A DNA stretch of 63,793 nucleotides, counting the filler, from Atractiella rhizophila (taxonomy: Eukaryota): NCBI GenBank assembly GCA_021432655.1. It is 4 parts of 3 records of this genome, joined end to end, with 100 filler letters (N's around TTAATTAATTAA, not from the genome) between each part and the next. Parts side by side here need not be neighbours in the genome. Positions count along the whole stretch, not along the records: positions 8,628 to 28,281 come from MU271698.1; positions 28,382 to 59,578 come from MU271699.1; 2 more parts are not named here. One strand, given 5' to 3'. The notes beneath the pieces are model-generated. The model searched no databases and was not told the DNA's origin. It was given only the letters and a program-made list of their open reading frames with translations. A program made the position numbers and the translations under genes. Below are positions 25,547 to 36,529 of the stretch, one piece after another. Within the stretch, counting starts at the first letter, position 1. Every line of letters begins with the position of its first letter.

Positions 25547-26210
25547 GTGAACTCTTCCCAGGTTCTCACTACCGAAGAAACTAACAAAGAGTTCGAAGCT
25601 AAGTATTCCCGCTCAATCTTCTCACATGAGCAGCAATGAATGCTATTCTCCCTAGTTATCCTTATTCGTGCGATGCATGATGCGAAATTGAATGGCTTAA
25701 CGTTTTATGGCAAGAAAGAGTTCACGGAGAAAGGCGCCGCAGTTGCATATCTTAAGCAGCACGGACAGAACACAGTCACCTTTAAGGTATGTTCTCCGCT
25801 GTAGTTGGTTAATGGGCTAGTGTAAATGGATTGTGTGTTAGGCCGATCAAGATCTTCCTCTCGTGGATAAGGATATGGTATGGATCTCCGTGGAACACGA
25901 AAATCTAGGCTACCTTAGGCTACCTGTTGACATTTCTACGAAATTGCCCAAGTAAGTGCAGTTTCCATAAGTGACAAGCAAAGGTCAGTTGACTGAACCT
26001 GTTTTAGGTGATATTTTCGGTCATGGTCGCAACCCAAAGCAGTTACTTGAAGGTTTGTACAAGGAGGCGGAGAAAAGGATACGGACCAGCACCACGTCGA
26101 GCAGATCGAATACCCCAGCCAGTGTGATTTCGATGGATGCGACAAAGGATACGGCAATGGATACGACAGCGTCTACCGCTGGTAATGGGACCGAAACTGC
26201 TGGGAGGGAT
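25547..26210 (+). pseudogene. Tandem orphan family copy 2 (GTG start, mutated first donor, exon-3 deletion, 3' truncated)
   Basis: Aligns to copy 3 (FYGKKEFTEKGAAVAYLKQHGQN; GDIFGHGRNPKQLLEGLYKEAEKR). The copia element is inserted ~30 bp upstream of the start position. Confidence 0.72.
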
Positions 26211-26685
26211 GGGTTCTGCCACTTCCACACCGACTCCAAACCTTCATCGTTGTCATGCACGGACTCTACCAGGCGGATGATCACCGGTCTCTTCAGCGGC
26301 AGCGGTGGAGAAAGAAGGAGTGAGAGTACAGAGCGGAAGGGAAGCGGTGCTAGTCTATTGGGTGGGGGAGAGACAGCCCTAATCCTTCTCAGCCACAACA
26401 ACATCGAACTGGTTTTCAAGCGTTTTGGGCAATTGATTCGAGAGAGGAGTGGGATGGTTGATTGCGGATGGAGATGGAGAGGAGGAGTAACAAATCTGAC
26501 CGTGTAGGTGGGGTTCGCGTTGTATATTCATGGCAATCGCATTTTCATCCTTTCCTCATGTAGACGTATGTTTCACAATTGACGATAATCAAGTTTCCTT
26601 CCCAAATGAGAAAAGTGAACACCGACTTGATGGCTCAGCTCCGACGCCTCAACAACTCGACGACCACCAACTTTCCTGAGCAACA

Positions 26686-27786
26686 ATGAACTCTTCCCAG
26701 GCTCTCACTACCGAAGAAACTGACAAAGGGTTCAAAGGTAGGCATTCCCACTCAATCTTCTCGTGTCAGCTGCAGTGAAGGCTATTCTCCCCAGTTATCC
26801 TTATCTGTGTCATGCCGATGCAGGATACAAAATTTGATGGCTTGTTTTTTTATGGCAAGAAAGAGTTCATGGAGAAAGGCGCCGCACTTGTGTATCTTAA
26901 GCAGCATGGACAGAACAAAGTCACTTTTGAGGTATGTTCTCCCATGTAGTTCGTTAACGGGCCAGTGTGAATGGATTGTGTGCTAGGTGGATCAATATCT
27001 TCCTCTTGTGGACGAAGATATGGTGGAATCCACACCCGAAGGCTACCGTGCCTTATGGATCTCGTTGGAGCATGAAAATGAAGGCTACTTGGTGACATTT
27101 TTAAGAAATTGCCCAAGTCAGTACAGTTTCCATGAATGACAAACAAAACTCAGTTGCTGAACCTGTTTTAGGTGATATTTCAGGTCGTGGCCGCAACCCG
27201 GAGCAGTTACTTGAGGATTTGCACAAGAAGGTGGAGAAAAGGATGCGGACCAGCGCCATGATGAGCAGATCGAATACCCTGGCCAGCACTGTGAGTTCGA
27301 TGGATGCGACAAAGGATACATCAACTGCTACCGCTGGTAATGGGACGGGAGTTGCTGAGAGGGAGGGTGAAGTAAGGCTGATCACGCAAATAACTCAGCT
27401 GATACATGGAGGTAGGTTTCTATGTCAGCCTTTCAAGATCTCATTAGGCATGTCTAGGGCTTTTTAAGCCCTCTGCAGCGTCTCGCAGTGCCTCCCCTTC
27501 TTCACAACCTTTTCAGACAACTTCGTCTTGCGCGTCCTTGCTACTCCCTCCACCATCTCCGCCATCTTCGCCAGGATTCGGAGAAGTGGCGAATGATTCA
27601 AGGACCATTCAGTTTGACAACTCAGACACACAATTAGCAATGTCTCCCAGTCCCTCAGGCACTAGCATCATGACGAGCTCGTCCAGAACAGGGGGACCTG
27701 CCTCCCAAATCCAGGTGTTGAGCCTGGAGGGACTGATGTCGGAGCCATTTTTGAAGCAGAGAAGAGGCTGGACTTCAAAAAGCTGA
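26686..27786 (+). CDS. Tandem orphan family copy 3, apparently intact 5-exon gene of unknown function
   Basis: Splicing four GT-AG introns gives an open frame MNSSQALTTEETDKGFKVILICVMP...FYGKKEFMEKGAALVYLKQHG...GYRALWISLEHENEGYLVTFLRNCPSDISGRGRNPEQLLE...FLKQRRGWTSKS*. Confidence 0.7.
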
Positions 27787-28281
27787 TATCAGACTTTATT
27801 CCATTCGTGTGGCCTGACGTGACCTTGTAAATATTGTAGCATCTCCATGTTTGAAACAAAACGTTTAGTTGTAATAATCATTCATCACTTAATCAATGAA
27901 CACACTGGAGGATCCTATTTAATCCTGGTTACGTTTGTAAAATCTCCTTCGCGTCTTGCGGCTCTCCCCATCTCCAACCTACCTCCCCAGCTCCCTTCTT
28001 CCTCCGAGTCCCTTGCAACCCCCACCCCCTCCACAACCGGTCAATCTGACACTGCCTTAAGCGTGAGCTAGCCAAATCGGGTGTTCAGGAAAGTCAACAT
28101 TATTCAAGATTATCTACATCATACATGCCAATATTGTCAGCACTGAATCTAAGCGTTCTTGAAAGCGAGTTCACTCTCGATCTCTACCAACCGTTCCTTC
28201 CAGCCATCCACCTGCCTTAATTTATCCTCCAGTTCCGCCATTTCATTCTTAAACGTCGATTTCCTATGCACAACAAGAGCA

Positions 28282-28381
28282 NNNNNNNNNNNNNNNNNNN
28301 NNNNNNNNNNNNNNNNNNNNNNNNNTTAATTAATTAANNNNNNNNNNNNNNNNNNNNNNNNNNNNNNNNNNNNNNNNNNNN
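28282..28381. other. Artificial contig linker
   Basis: N44-TTAATTAATTAA-N44. Confidence 0.95.
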
Positions 28382-29293
28382 GAGGGGAGAGATGGAAGAG
28401 CCCAGTCGTTGCAGATACAGTATGGGGCACCGCCGGTTTTGAACCCTGAGCAGGAGAGGGAGGCGGCGAGGTTGAAGAGCTCGTGAGTTTCAATATTGAA
28501 GAGATGGGAAGAGAGAAGTAGAGACTGATTGGATCGTAGGGCCGAATATCATCGTCGACACGGGCTTTACATCCAGCGAGAGGCAAAGAAGCTCTTTGAT
28601 GCTCAGGAGCAAACGAAGATTCTGGAGGCCACACTCACTCCTATCGTCCAACAATCCATATGCATCCTCCATCTCGTCCAAGCCACCGATGACGACTGCG
28701 TCCGCCACTCCCTCGGAGGAAGCTCAAAGAGAGACGTGAAGCTACACGACCGCAACCAATTTGACGTGTTGCTCAACGAATTCCCCAGGGTTTTCGGTGC
28801 CATGAAGCTATGGTCCCAAGCTGAGGGAAGCGAACAATGTACGCGAGCAGAGAAGGAAATAGAAGGGGATATGCGGATACTGAAAGAGTATCTGGTCGCC
28901 GTTTACGCTTTCATTCTATCGAGGATCCAAGAGATCGAAAACTTCTGTTTTGGAGAATACATGGATAGGAACGTCTCCCTCCCTCCCACCTGCAGATGGG
29001 CCTTCCAACCTCCTCCCCATCCCCCTCATGACCGTCCGCTCAGCTCGGCTCAAGTCTTCCATTTCCAAATCAGGAGTCGAGAGCGCGACATTCGAAATTT
29101 TTGGATCAGGTTCCACGGTGCTGTAAACGCCACTTCACTCTCTCAGACCTTCCCTGCCTTCTGGGAGAAGGTGCCAAAGGATCTTTGGCCGCTCCACGTC
29201 TACAGTCCAGCGAAGGATGTCATCAATTTCGGGTTGGAACTTACCCGTGAACTGATGAGGAGGTGGAAGGTGGACGTGAAGCTTGAAGGCTGA
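28382..29293 (+). CDS. Hypothetical protein, 5' truncated at linker
   Basis: 254-codon ORF 28529-29293 with natural composition, preceded by a probable intron acceptor. Confidence 0.55.
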
Positions 29294-29561
29294 AGCGCTT
29301 GCATTCTGAAATAGTTGAAGAAAACTCTATAGGAGTGGTATTTGAAGTTCAGTCAATTGAATGAGCGCGATTTTTATCTCGTATCCAGCTGCTGTGTACG
29401 TCTTCATCAAACTAGATATGTCATTGTACTATACCTCTTGTAGCATTCAATAAATGCAAATGCGTATTACACAGCATCAATGCACAAACCGTCAGCTGAT
29501 TTTGAACTGTGATGACGACATCTCCTTAAGAAACGCGAAAGAAAAAGAAGAATCATCAGAA

Positions 29562-32500
29562 TCATAAAGCGACTTCTTTCATATCCTCCGGTCGCAGACT
29601 GTCAAGTGAATTCTCCCCCTTCCTGTTGCCATCCTCTTCTCGCTCCTTCCCTACACTATCCAGGCTCGCTCCACTCGTTCGTCTCGCCCACCAACCGCTT
29701 ATCCCTCCCGCAACAGTGCCAGTACTGTCTCTAGAATGTGAGGACTCGGAAATCGTTGTATTTGCAGAGTCGCGATGTATCAGCGGAGCCGGAGCGAGCG
29801 TCGCTGAAGAGGAAGCTGGGGGAGAAGTTGCACGTGAGAAGAACGAGGAGATGGATGAGAACGCGGAAGGAGTCGAAGGAGGCTGAGAATCGTATTGATC
29901 AGAGTCGGAGTGCGGCGGCGCAAATGCAACCTGTTCTGGAGGAGGAGATTTGGCGAATGAGGATCGTGTGGGACTCGGCGTCCTTGATCCAGTGGGAGTG
30001 TTAGAACTTGACGTTTGAGCTTTCGGCACAAAGAGTCTGGAAGAGATAAAGCTCCCAATCCCACTCGCAACCGCCGAGGCTTTCTCCTTCGCTGCATCGA
30101 CACCACCGATAACTTGACTTCCAATCTCACTTCCGCCTCCACTGCCACTAGAAGCAGCTCCTTCTGCTTGCCTGCGAGCCACCTCACTCCTGATACCATT
30201 GTATGCCCTCCATACACCTTCTCTCCCCACCTCAAAACCCTTCGTCACCGCATCCCTAGCAGTTGCTGCCCCTTCATCGATCCTCAAAGTATGGAGACCA
30301 TCTGCCAAGCGGATCCCGACGTCTTCAATTGCATTTGTCAATCCGTGCATAGGGTGTCTAGGTTCCACGAGATCGAATAGCACCGAATCTGTGTTCCCGT
30401 CCCAAATTTTAAAGGCCGGTGTTGCGCGAAAGAGGTTGATGTAGGTATCGTTGAAAGAAGATAACAGGTTCGGATCGAATTCTATCACCCACCAAGTCAT
30501 GGTTAATATTCCTCTTCCTTCCTTTAATAAACGAAAGGCATACCCGCACCTGTGCCACTGATAATTCCCACTCCCCCTTGATTCCCTCGTCCAAGGAAAT
30601 CCACAAACTTTATGGCAGCGAGCATGGAGCAGAGATATTCTTCAAACTTCGCTCGTAAGAAATCATCAGAGCCGACATAAGTGGATCCTATCGGTCGCGA
30701 GGGGTCCTCTGGGTTCCAGGATTCTGTGACTGTGGTGACAAGCTATTTCCACCCTCTCTTAACAAAGAGATACGAGAGAAGAGTATGAGGCGACGAACTT
30801 CGTCCATCCACTTCCGATCAGCGGCCGTCAGCGTCAAGGCGATCGAAAGTTTGGGGTCATAGACCTCGATGTTAGCGGTCTCTATCTACCCCTCCTTCAC
30901 TAAGCCTTCCCCTGACCAAATTTGGAGGAAGGGGTGGATACGTACATTGACGAGGACATCAATTTTGCATTCCCGTTGCTGCTGGAAGATAGAATTCGTT
31001 GTTCCGACAACAAAGGACTCAGATGCCAACATGTCGATCTGCTGAAGAGGGAGATAAGGCTGAAAAAACGAGTCCTGTCCATACCCTACTTAGCAGTCGC
31101 TCCCTCTGATGGAAAAGGACATACACGTCCAAAAACGTCCAATGGCATCCCAAGGAACCTCAACAAGCTCTCCCTCTCGCTCGTCCGGAGTGTAGAAGCA
31201 CGTTTCCTCCTTACAGTGACATTATCCAAGAGGGGAGATGCGGAATCGTCCAAAGTGGAGAGGAGGGATGGAATGAGTGACACGAGGCTGTACTGGGTGT
31301 TGCAGAGTTTCTCGACTGGGAGATGGGGAGAGAAGAACATGATTTTCTTTTGGAGGAGGAGGAGTTTGAGGAGTGTGAGTGTCTTGAATCGGAAACGGTG
31401 AATGAGTTCGCGGAGGCTTGTTCCTAAGCGCAACATCACGCATCGGCGTCATAGGTTCAAGTGAGTGTAATGTGAAGCTGAGGAGAAACGCACCCATGTA
31501 CAAGTCAGTTTCTCCGCCTACTCCATCCACTAAGGAGCCATAGAACTCTTCTAATATTCGCCGATCTTCAAAGTCCCTCTGTTCAAAATATGCTCTCGTT
31601 ATCACCCCAAGTCGATCCCTTATAGGTCCAAAGATTGGTTTATCAGCCAATACCACTACTGCCTTTTGGACAGTGGAGCGCGTGATATTTGCCCCTCGAT
31701 TGAGGAGGGATGACGAGAGGATCTGCCGATTACAGGAGATGCCAAAGACGGTGCTCCCGGAAAGAGATGGTAAGAAGAGATGGAAGTACGCGTGATCTTC
31801 TTCTCTCTATGGTGTCTCATAAGCCACAAATACGATGGAAGATGGAGAAATGGACGAACGAGATGTGCTCCATCCGGTAGAGCCAGGAAGGGCAGGGCTG
31901 TGTCGAGCTCAGGGGAACGGATGGAAGCCGGATAGGCGTATTCTACAGATGAGAGGATCAGCTGCAGACGACCAAAGAGAAGACAGCCAGAGAGGCAGGG
32001 AAGAAATGATATTTGACCGGCAGGTCGAAGAACCAGAGCTTCGCTGCGAGAGATAATGGCATAAAGATAATTCTCGCGTCGACAAGATAACTGGGTAAAT
32101 GAACCGTTGACCATTTAAATATTTCTCTGCCTCAGGTGCCTCAGACGGCCTGCCTCTAATGGCAAAGTTGGTTTCTTCGAAAGCTGGCATTTCTGCTTTC
32201 GAGGAAAAAGCTTGTATTTTGCTTTGGAGAAAGATAGAGACACTTAGAGTGACAGTGCGCAGAGCTTTTACAATAACAAGCACAGCTCAGCAGGGCATAC
32301 GTTAGACAATTTTCTAACGCGCAAGGAACCTGCAGAGCAAGATGAGACTATCAGGCTGCATTAGTTTCTCCGGGAGCAGCTAGTATCGAGAGTTTAGGAA
32401 GTAGTGGACGAGCTACCCCTGGAATCCTAGCTGATAATAGTCGTACATAGTTTTTAACCGAGTACAAACGTTCTTTGTTCTCCCTGCTTGAGGACCGTCC

Positions 32501-35500
32501 AAGCTTTTCTAGGTTAGCGAACACGAGAGGTTCGTTGAGACAATAGGAGGGTTGTGAGGAGGCTCTGGTAGTCAGCTCGTTAGACCGACCTTCCAGAAGT
32601 ACGATTTACGCGGAAACTGCCTATCTTTCGTAAACGAGCGTATAAGGCCTATAAACCACTTTTTAGCTAAGTCCTCAAACTCCAAGCGGAGGCATAGTCC
32701 GCCTATTGGTATCTTAAGCGGACACTGGGCGTTCACTCCTTCTACCCCGCCTTTCAATTCACGTTCCGTATGGACGCAAGTTCTTCCATCGCGGGCGTAG
32801 TTACCGCCAAAACTATCGAAGCTTTCGAACGAGCAGCCTATGTCCATGTCAAAAGGTCACGATAACATTGCGCAGCACTCAACGCCTAGCTACACTTCTC
32901 CTCCATAAGTGTCAGGGTAGTTAGGCATGGGTTAAGAGGGGTGTCAACAGCAAAACAACCCTGGAAACTAGCATTATAAAACGCGAACTCTGTATAAAGT
33001 GCCGTCTACTATAACATTAACACTGAACTTCAAGCGCGCAAATACAAGCTTCACCTTACTAAATGAAAGCTCGCAACTTCGTAGGAGGAAAATATGCAAG
33101 GTAATGTGACTAATCCTTGAGGGGAAGCGCCACGTGAGCATCGGATCGACGGAGTTATGTTAGGAGGACATCATTCGTTCGCGATATGAGCTTAGAAGTT
33201 ACGGCAAGGGTATAGGCTCTAGCCGACTCCGCCCTCTTTGAAACCCTACTTCGGAGGCTGTCGTTCCTTTCACCTTTTACAACGTCCTCTGAGGAGGCTT
33301 TTCCGTCCTGAGCGTAAAAACCCAGCCAGTGCATTATTAAGACAGGTGCGTGATATAGTGAGCCATAACGATTCGATTCGAAAGTCCACTTTCCTCACTT
33401 TAAAGAATGAGTTTCGCGCCGGCGAAACTATGGCTGATGACATAGGTACAGAATTGTGTTGTCGTATCGTCTGCACCTTTGTCTTGCGGGACCCCGATCG
33501 TTTCTGTAACAAGTTCTGTGTCCAAATCAACGTTACGAAGTCCTGATCCATGATGTTTCGTACGTTTTGTTCGAGTCCAAATCTTATTGGACCTAGTCAA
33601 ATAGTTTTACACACGCCTTTACTCACACTTTGAGTGACCGTGGGACCGGAGACACGTAAAGTACAGTTCTCTCTGCAAATCGTCAACTACAACGACGTCA
33701 GCCTCGGCTACTACGTCAGCGTTTGCTACTTCGGGACAGGGTCAAGAGTCCAGCTCGAATAACGAGCTGAAGTTTACATGAATGAACCAACGGTAAGATC
33801 TTGGGGTTCAATCAGTGTAGTACAGTCCCTCTCTTCTTTTCTGAAATGGTTAACCGTGTTGGAACAAGGTAGCAAAGAGTTGTGTCTGAGGAAGGACTTC
33901 ATTTTTCTTGCAGTTACGACTTCTCTTGGGTTCCTACCCTATTTAAGTGTTATTGAACGACGTTACCTAATATCAGTCGGAGACTCTTTCTTTCTTTACC
34001 TTTGTTGATTGTCGACTTCGTTGCCGACGTTTTCGCTTTCGCCGCTCCTACCGAAACTTCACGTATAATCGACTCTCACAACTCGAACTCTCAACTCTCC
34101 ACACATTTATTACACCATACTCAAACACAATTCATACTTCTCCGTTCCTAAAGGGACGAAAATATAGGTAGGAAACGGAGGGACAGGGGGCCTTAACTTT
34201 TGAACACCTCCCTTCAGGTTGCTGAGGTGGACTACCTTTCCTTTGGTCGGAGAGCAGAACCAGTTGCTATAAGCTACCGTCACTCACTGCAACTGTTTGT
34301 AACCTCCTAGGTACCCTAATAAGCTTCGGTAGCAGCCGAATAGGCCACATACCTCCTATCAGGGTTCCCGTGTTGCCGTTTGGGTCGTAGTAGCGTTCTA
34401 TGATTCCTCCCAGGGAGGAATCTTCGTGCTACTACGACGATTGGGACGTACATTAAAGCTGTTATACTTCTACTCGAATCTCTCCGATTCTGCCGAAGGT
34501 CACGACTTATTCGTCGAACCGTCACTTTACAATGTTCTACTCATCTTAATGGTGCCTCCACCTCCCTGGCTCGCGGGACCTACATTGCTACAGTGACCAC
34601 TTCGTAAAGAATAAGTCCTGATTATGTATCGTACCTCGTTGCCTTGAACTTGGAACCATTATTCCGTCTTTTTTTAATTCAATCGTGCTTCTCCCGAGAG
34701 TGAAACGTATAAGGAGAGAGTGCGTTGGACACAGGAACTACAGTTGTAAAGAGCTTCCTCTTCCCTCACGTTTTTCCCACGAATCTGCCCCTCAGCTTGG
34801 GGCCAGGTGAGCTTGAACGTCGAACCGTTGCTCGCTAAGATGGCAACTTGGTAGATTCGAACAATAACAACTTACACCGTTAACTGTTATATGTTCAATT
34901 CATTGAATTATGCGATAAGAGGACAACGCGGCAGTTGCACGGGTGTATTGGCTTGGGTTGTAGGTTCGCGACAAGAGGGGACTTTCCAGGTTTGCCGTCC
35001 GGGAGATAGGAAGTCGTGGAATGTCGGTATGTTGATAGTTAGTCTGTGTGTAGTACCTTTGAAGTTAGGGTGAGTGAGGAGGTTGACGTTGAGAGAGGGA
35101 ACGGGTGCGAGGGCTTAGAGGAGGATTCAGCGGAGAGCTCGTGTAACGTCGTCTATACCTCCCATGTCAACTACATAGAAACCTACTACACCTCCTCCTC
35201 CTGCACGGAGAATGGGGGTTCAGAGGAGGTCGTGGTTATGAACATGGACACCTCGGCTAGCGGTAGGTCGAGCGCGGCAGGTGCGGAAGGTTATGGAGAC
35301 GAGGCAAACGAAATCCTCTCGGTCTCTGCGGCAGACGAGGACGCTTACACGTTAGAAAGTCACTCTCCCTATGCCTTCTTTTCTTTGCTCACCTTTTACA
35401 CCTTTGACGCCTCTCGTCACCTCCCTCTTCCCTCTTTCAACTTCCTCTATAGGTATAAATACCATAAGAGCACCATCCGAAGTTAGTAGAGTAACCCGGA

Positions 35501-35507
35501 CTTTAAC
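29562..35507 (-). CDS. AVL9: AVL9/DENND6-family late secretory pathway protein; exon 1 displaced into mirrored block (35054-35507)
   Basis: Native exons: LPFLALPDGAH, IFGPIRDRLGVITRAYFEQRDF, GTSLRELIHRFRFKTLTLLKLLLLQKK, QYSLVSLIP, FNDTYINLFRATPAFKIW. The complement of 35054-35507 gives METSIPLTPP...IYGILVVGFNHLIGPEI, which splices to EYAYPAS. Confidence 0.92.
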
Positions 35508-35764
35508 CACTCACGAGAGCAATAAAGGAACCGTTATCACAGGCCACGTTACGCGACCGTTTTCGTTCGCTCTTGAGAGGAGGAGTAAACCTAGCACTGA
35601 AAGAAGAAAGATTCTTCTCAACTTCCTCCGCCATGTCTCACGTTACGCAGGGCAAGGTAATAGGAAAGTCTCTTTCTCTTTTTCGTAGAAGTACTAAAGT
35701 TACGAGGCCTAACTGTGCGAGGAACTTAATAAAGGATAGAACGAGACACTTCGTCTATTTGGCT
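32344..35764. other. Mirrored block D (~3.4 kb): AKR 5' half, small secreted protein gene, AVL9 exon 1
   Basis: Reading backwards gives spliced AKR and SSP genes; the complement gives AVL9 exon 1. Left boundary lies between ~32281 and 32345. Confidence 0.92.
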
Positions 35765-36529
35765 NNNNNNNNNNNNNNNNNNNNNNNNNNNNNNNNNNNN
35801 NNNNNNNNNNNNNNNNNNNNNNNNNNNNNNNNNNNNNNNNNNNNNNNNNNNNNNNNNNNNNNNNNNNNNNNNNNNNNNNNNNNNNNNNNNNNNNNNNNNN
35901 NNNNNNNNNNNNNNNNNNNNNNNNNNNGTCTAGCTCAACATATCATTTACAGCTCGAAGAAGAGTACAGTCCGTTCAGTCGCGACATGGAAGGCAGCGGT
36001 TTACTCGCCACCTGCAAAGAACTCGACATCCCAATAGCAGCTTACTCTCCGCTCAGTTCGTTTTTTGATATCACAGAAGAGGATGAACTGATTGTTGCGC
36101 TTTTCAGGCCGTGGAATTCTCACTGGAGCACTGACGAAGCCAACGGACATCGACAAAGGGGATATGCGGCACAAATATGACAGGTTCCAAGTAAGTAAAG
36201 CTCACTGTTTCCCCAACCGTTCCACGTTTTAAATGTGGGTGCAGCCTGAGCACTGGGAACACAACTACGCGCTCGTCACCAAGTTCAAATCCATCGCAGA
36301 GAGGAAAGGCGTGACTCCTGCGCAGCTTTCCCTAGCCTGGATACTCAAGCAGCGACCTGATGGCTTTGTGCCCATCCCTGGAAGCTCCCGACCGCAGGTG
36401 ATATTGGAGAATTTAAAGGCTTTGGAGGTGACAATCACGGATGAAGAAGACAAAGAGATCAGAGAAGCTACCGCTGGGGTTGCTGGAGGGAGGTACAATA
36501 AGCATGTAGAACATACTCTGTCTGTCTGA
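32344..36529 (+). CDS. Aldo-keto reductase, pyridoxal reductase (AKR8/Plr1-like); 5' half mirrored at 32344-32994, 3' half native at 35953-36529
   Basis: Backwards from 32994: MSQAQNITIKGPNKTTTVGRIGYGLMGL|HWKTVPVSDEQAFEAIKTAIDAGATFLNA|GEFYG...NLKLLNRFFTKYPEYASKCFLSVKG...VDPKVPIEQ...GLFDYVGLSE. Native part: EEEYSPF...IAAYSPL...TPAQLSLAWI...PIPGSS. Confidence 0.9.
33678..34065. CDS. Small secreted cysteine-rich protein (~58 aa, 5 exons), readable only backwards; true strand is + after un-mirroring
   Basis: Backwards from 34065: MHFKAILAAFAFAAVASA|QVI|EGVCVENDGTRLCQL|NGNQ|GFIVCDCIIGSDCSNINC*. Four GT-AG introns and TATAAAA ~100 nt upstream. Requires removal of one extra A in an A run. Confidence 0.72.

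Noticed and set aside
27930..28281. Minus-strand 3' gene fragment (KSTFKNEMAELEDKLRQVDGWKERLVEIE...)
   Set aside because: Coding-like but truncated by the linker and unassignable.
31944..32340. Telomerase RNA, RNase P/MRP or spliceosomal snRNA in the AVL9 intron
   Set aside because: No CUAACCCUAA-type template, P4 consensus or recognisable snRNA sequence was seen.
35046..35486. 146-aa + strand ORF (also 60849-61097 and 6195-6470)
   Set aside because: Shadow ORFs of mirrored real exons (AVL9, SEC10, TF).
32344..35764. Biological inversion or novel mirror-coded genes
   Set aside because: A real inversion is a reverse complement and would show in the six-frame track. Pure reversal next to gaps points to an in silico artefact.
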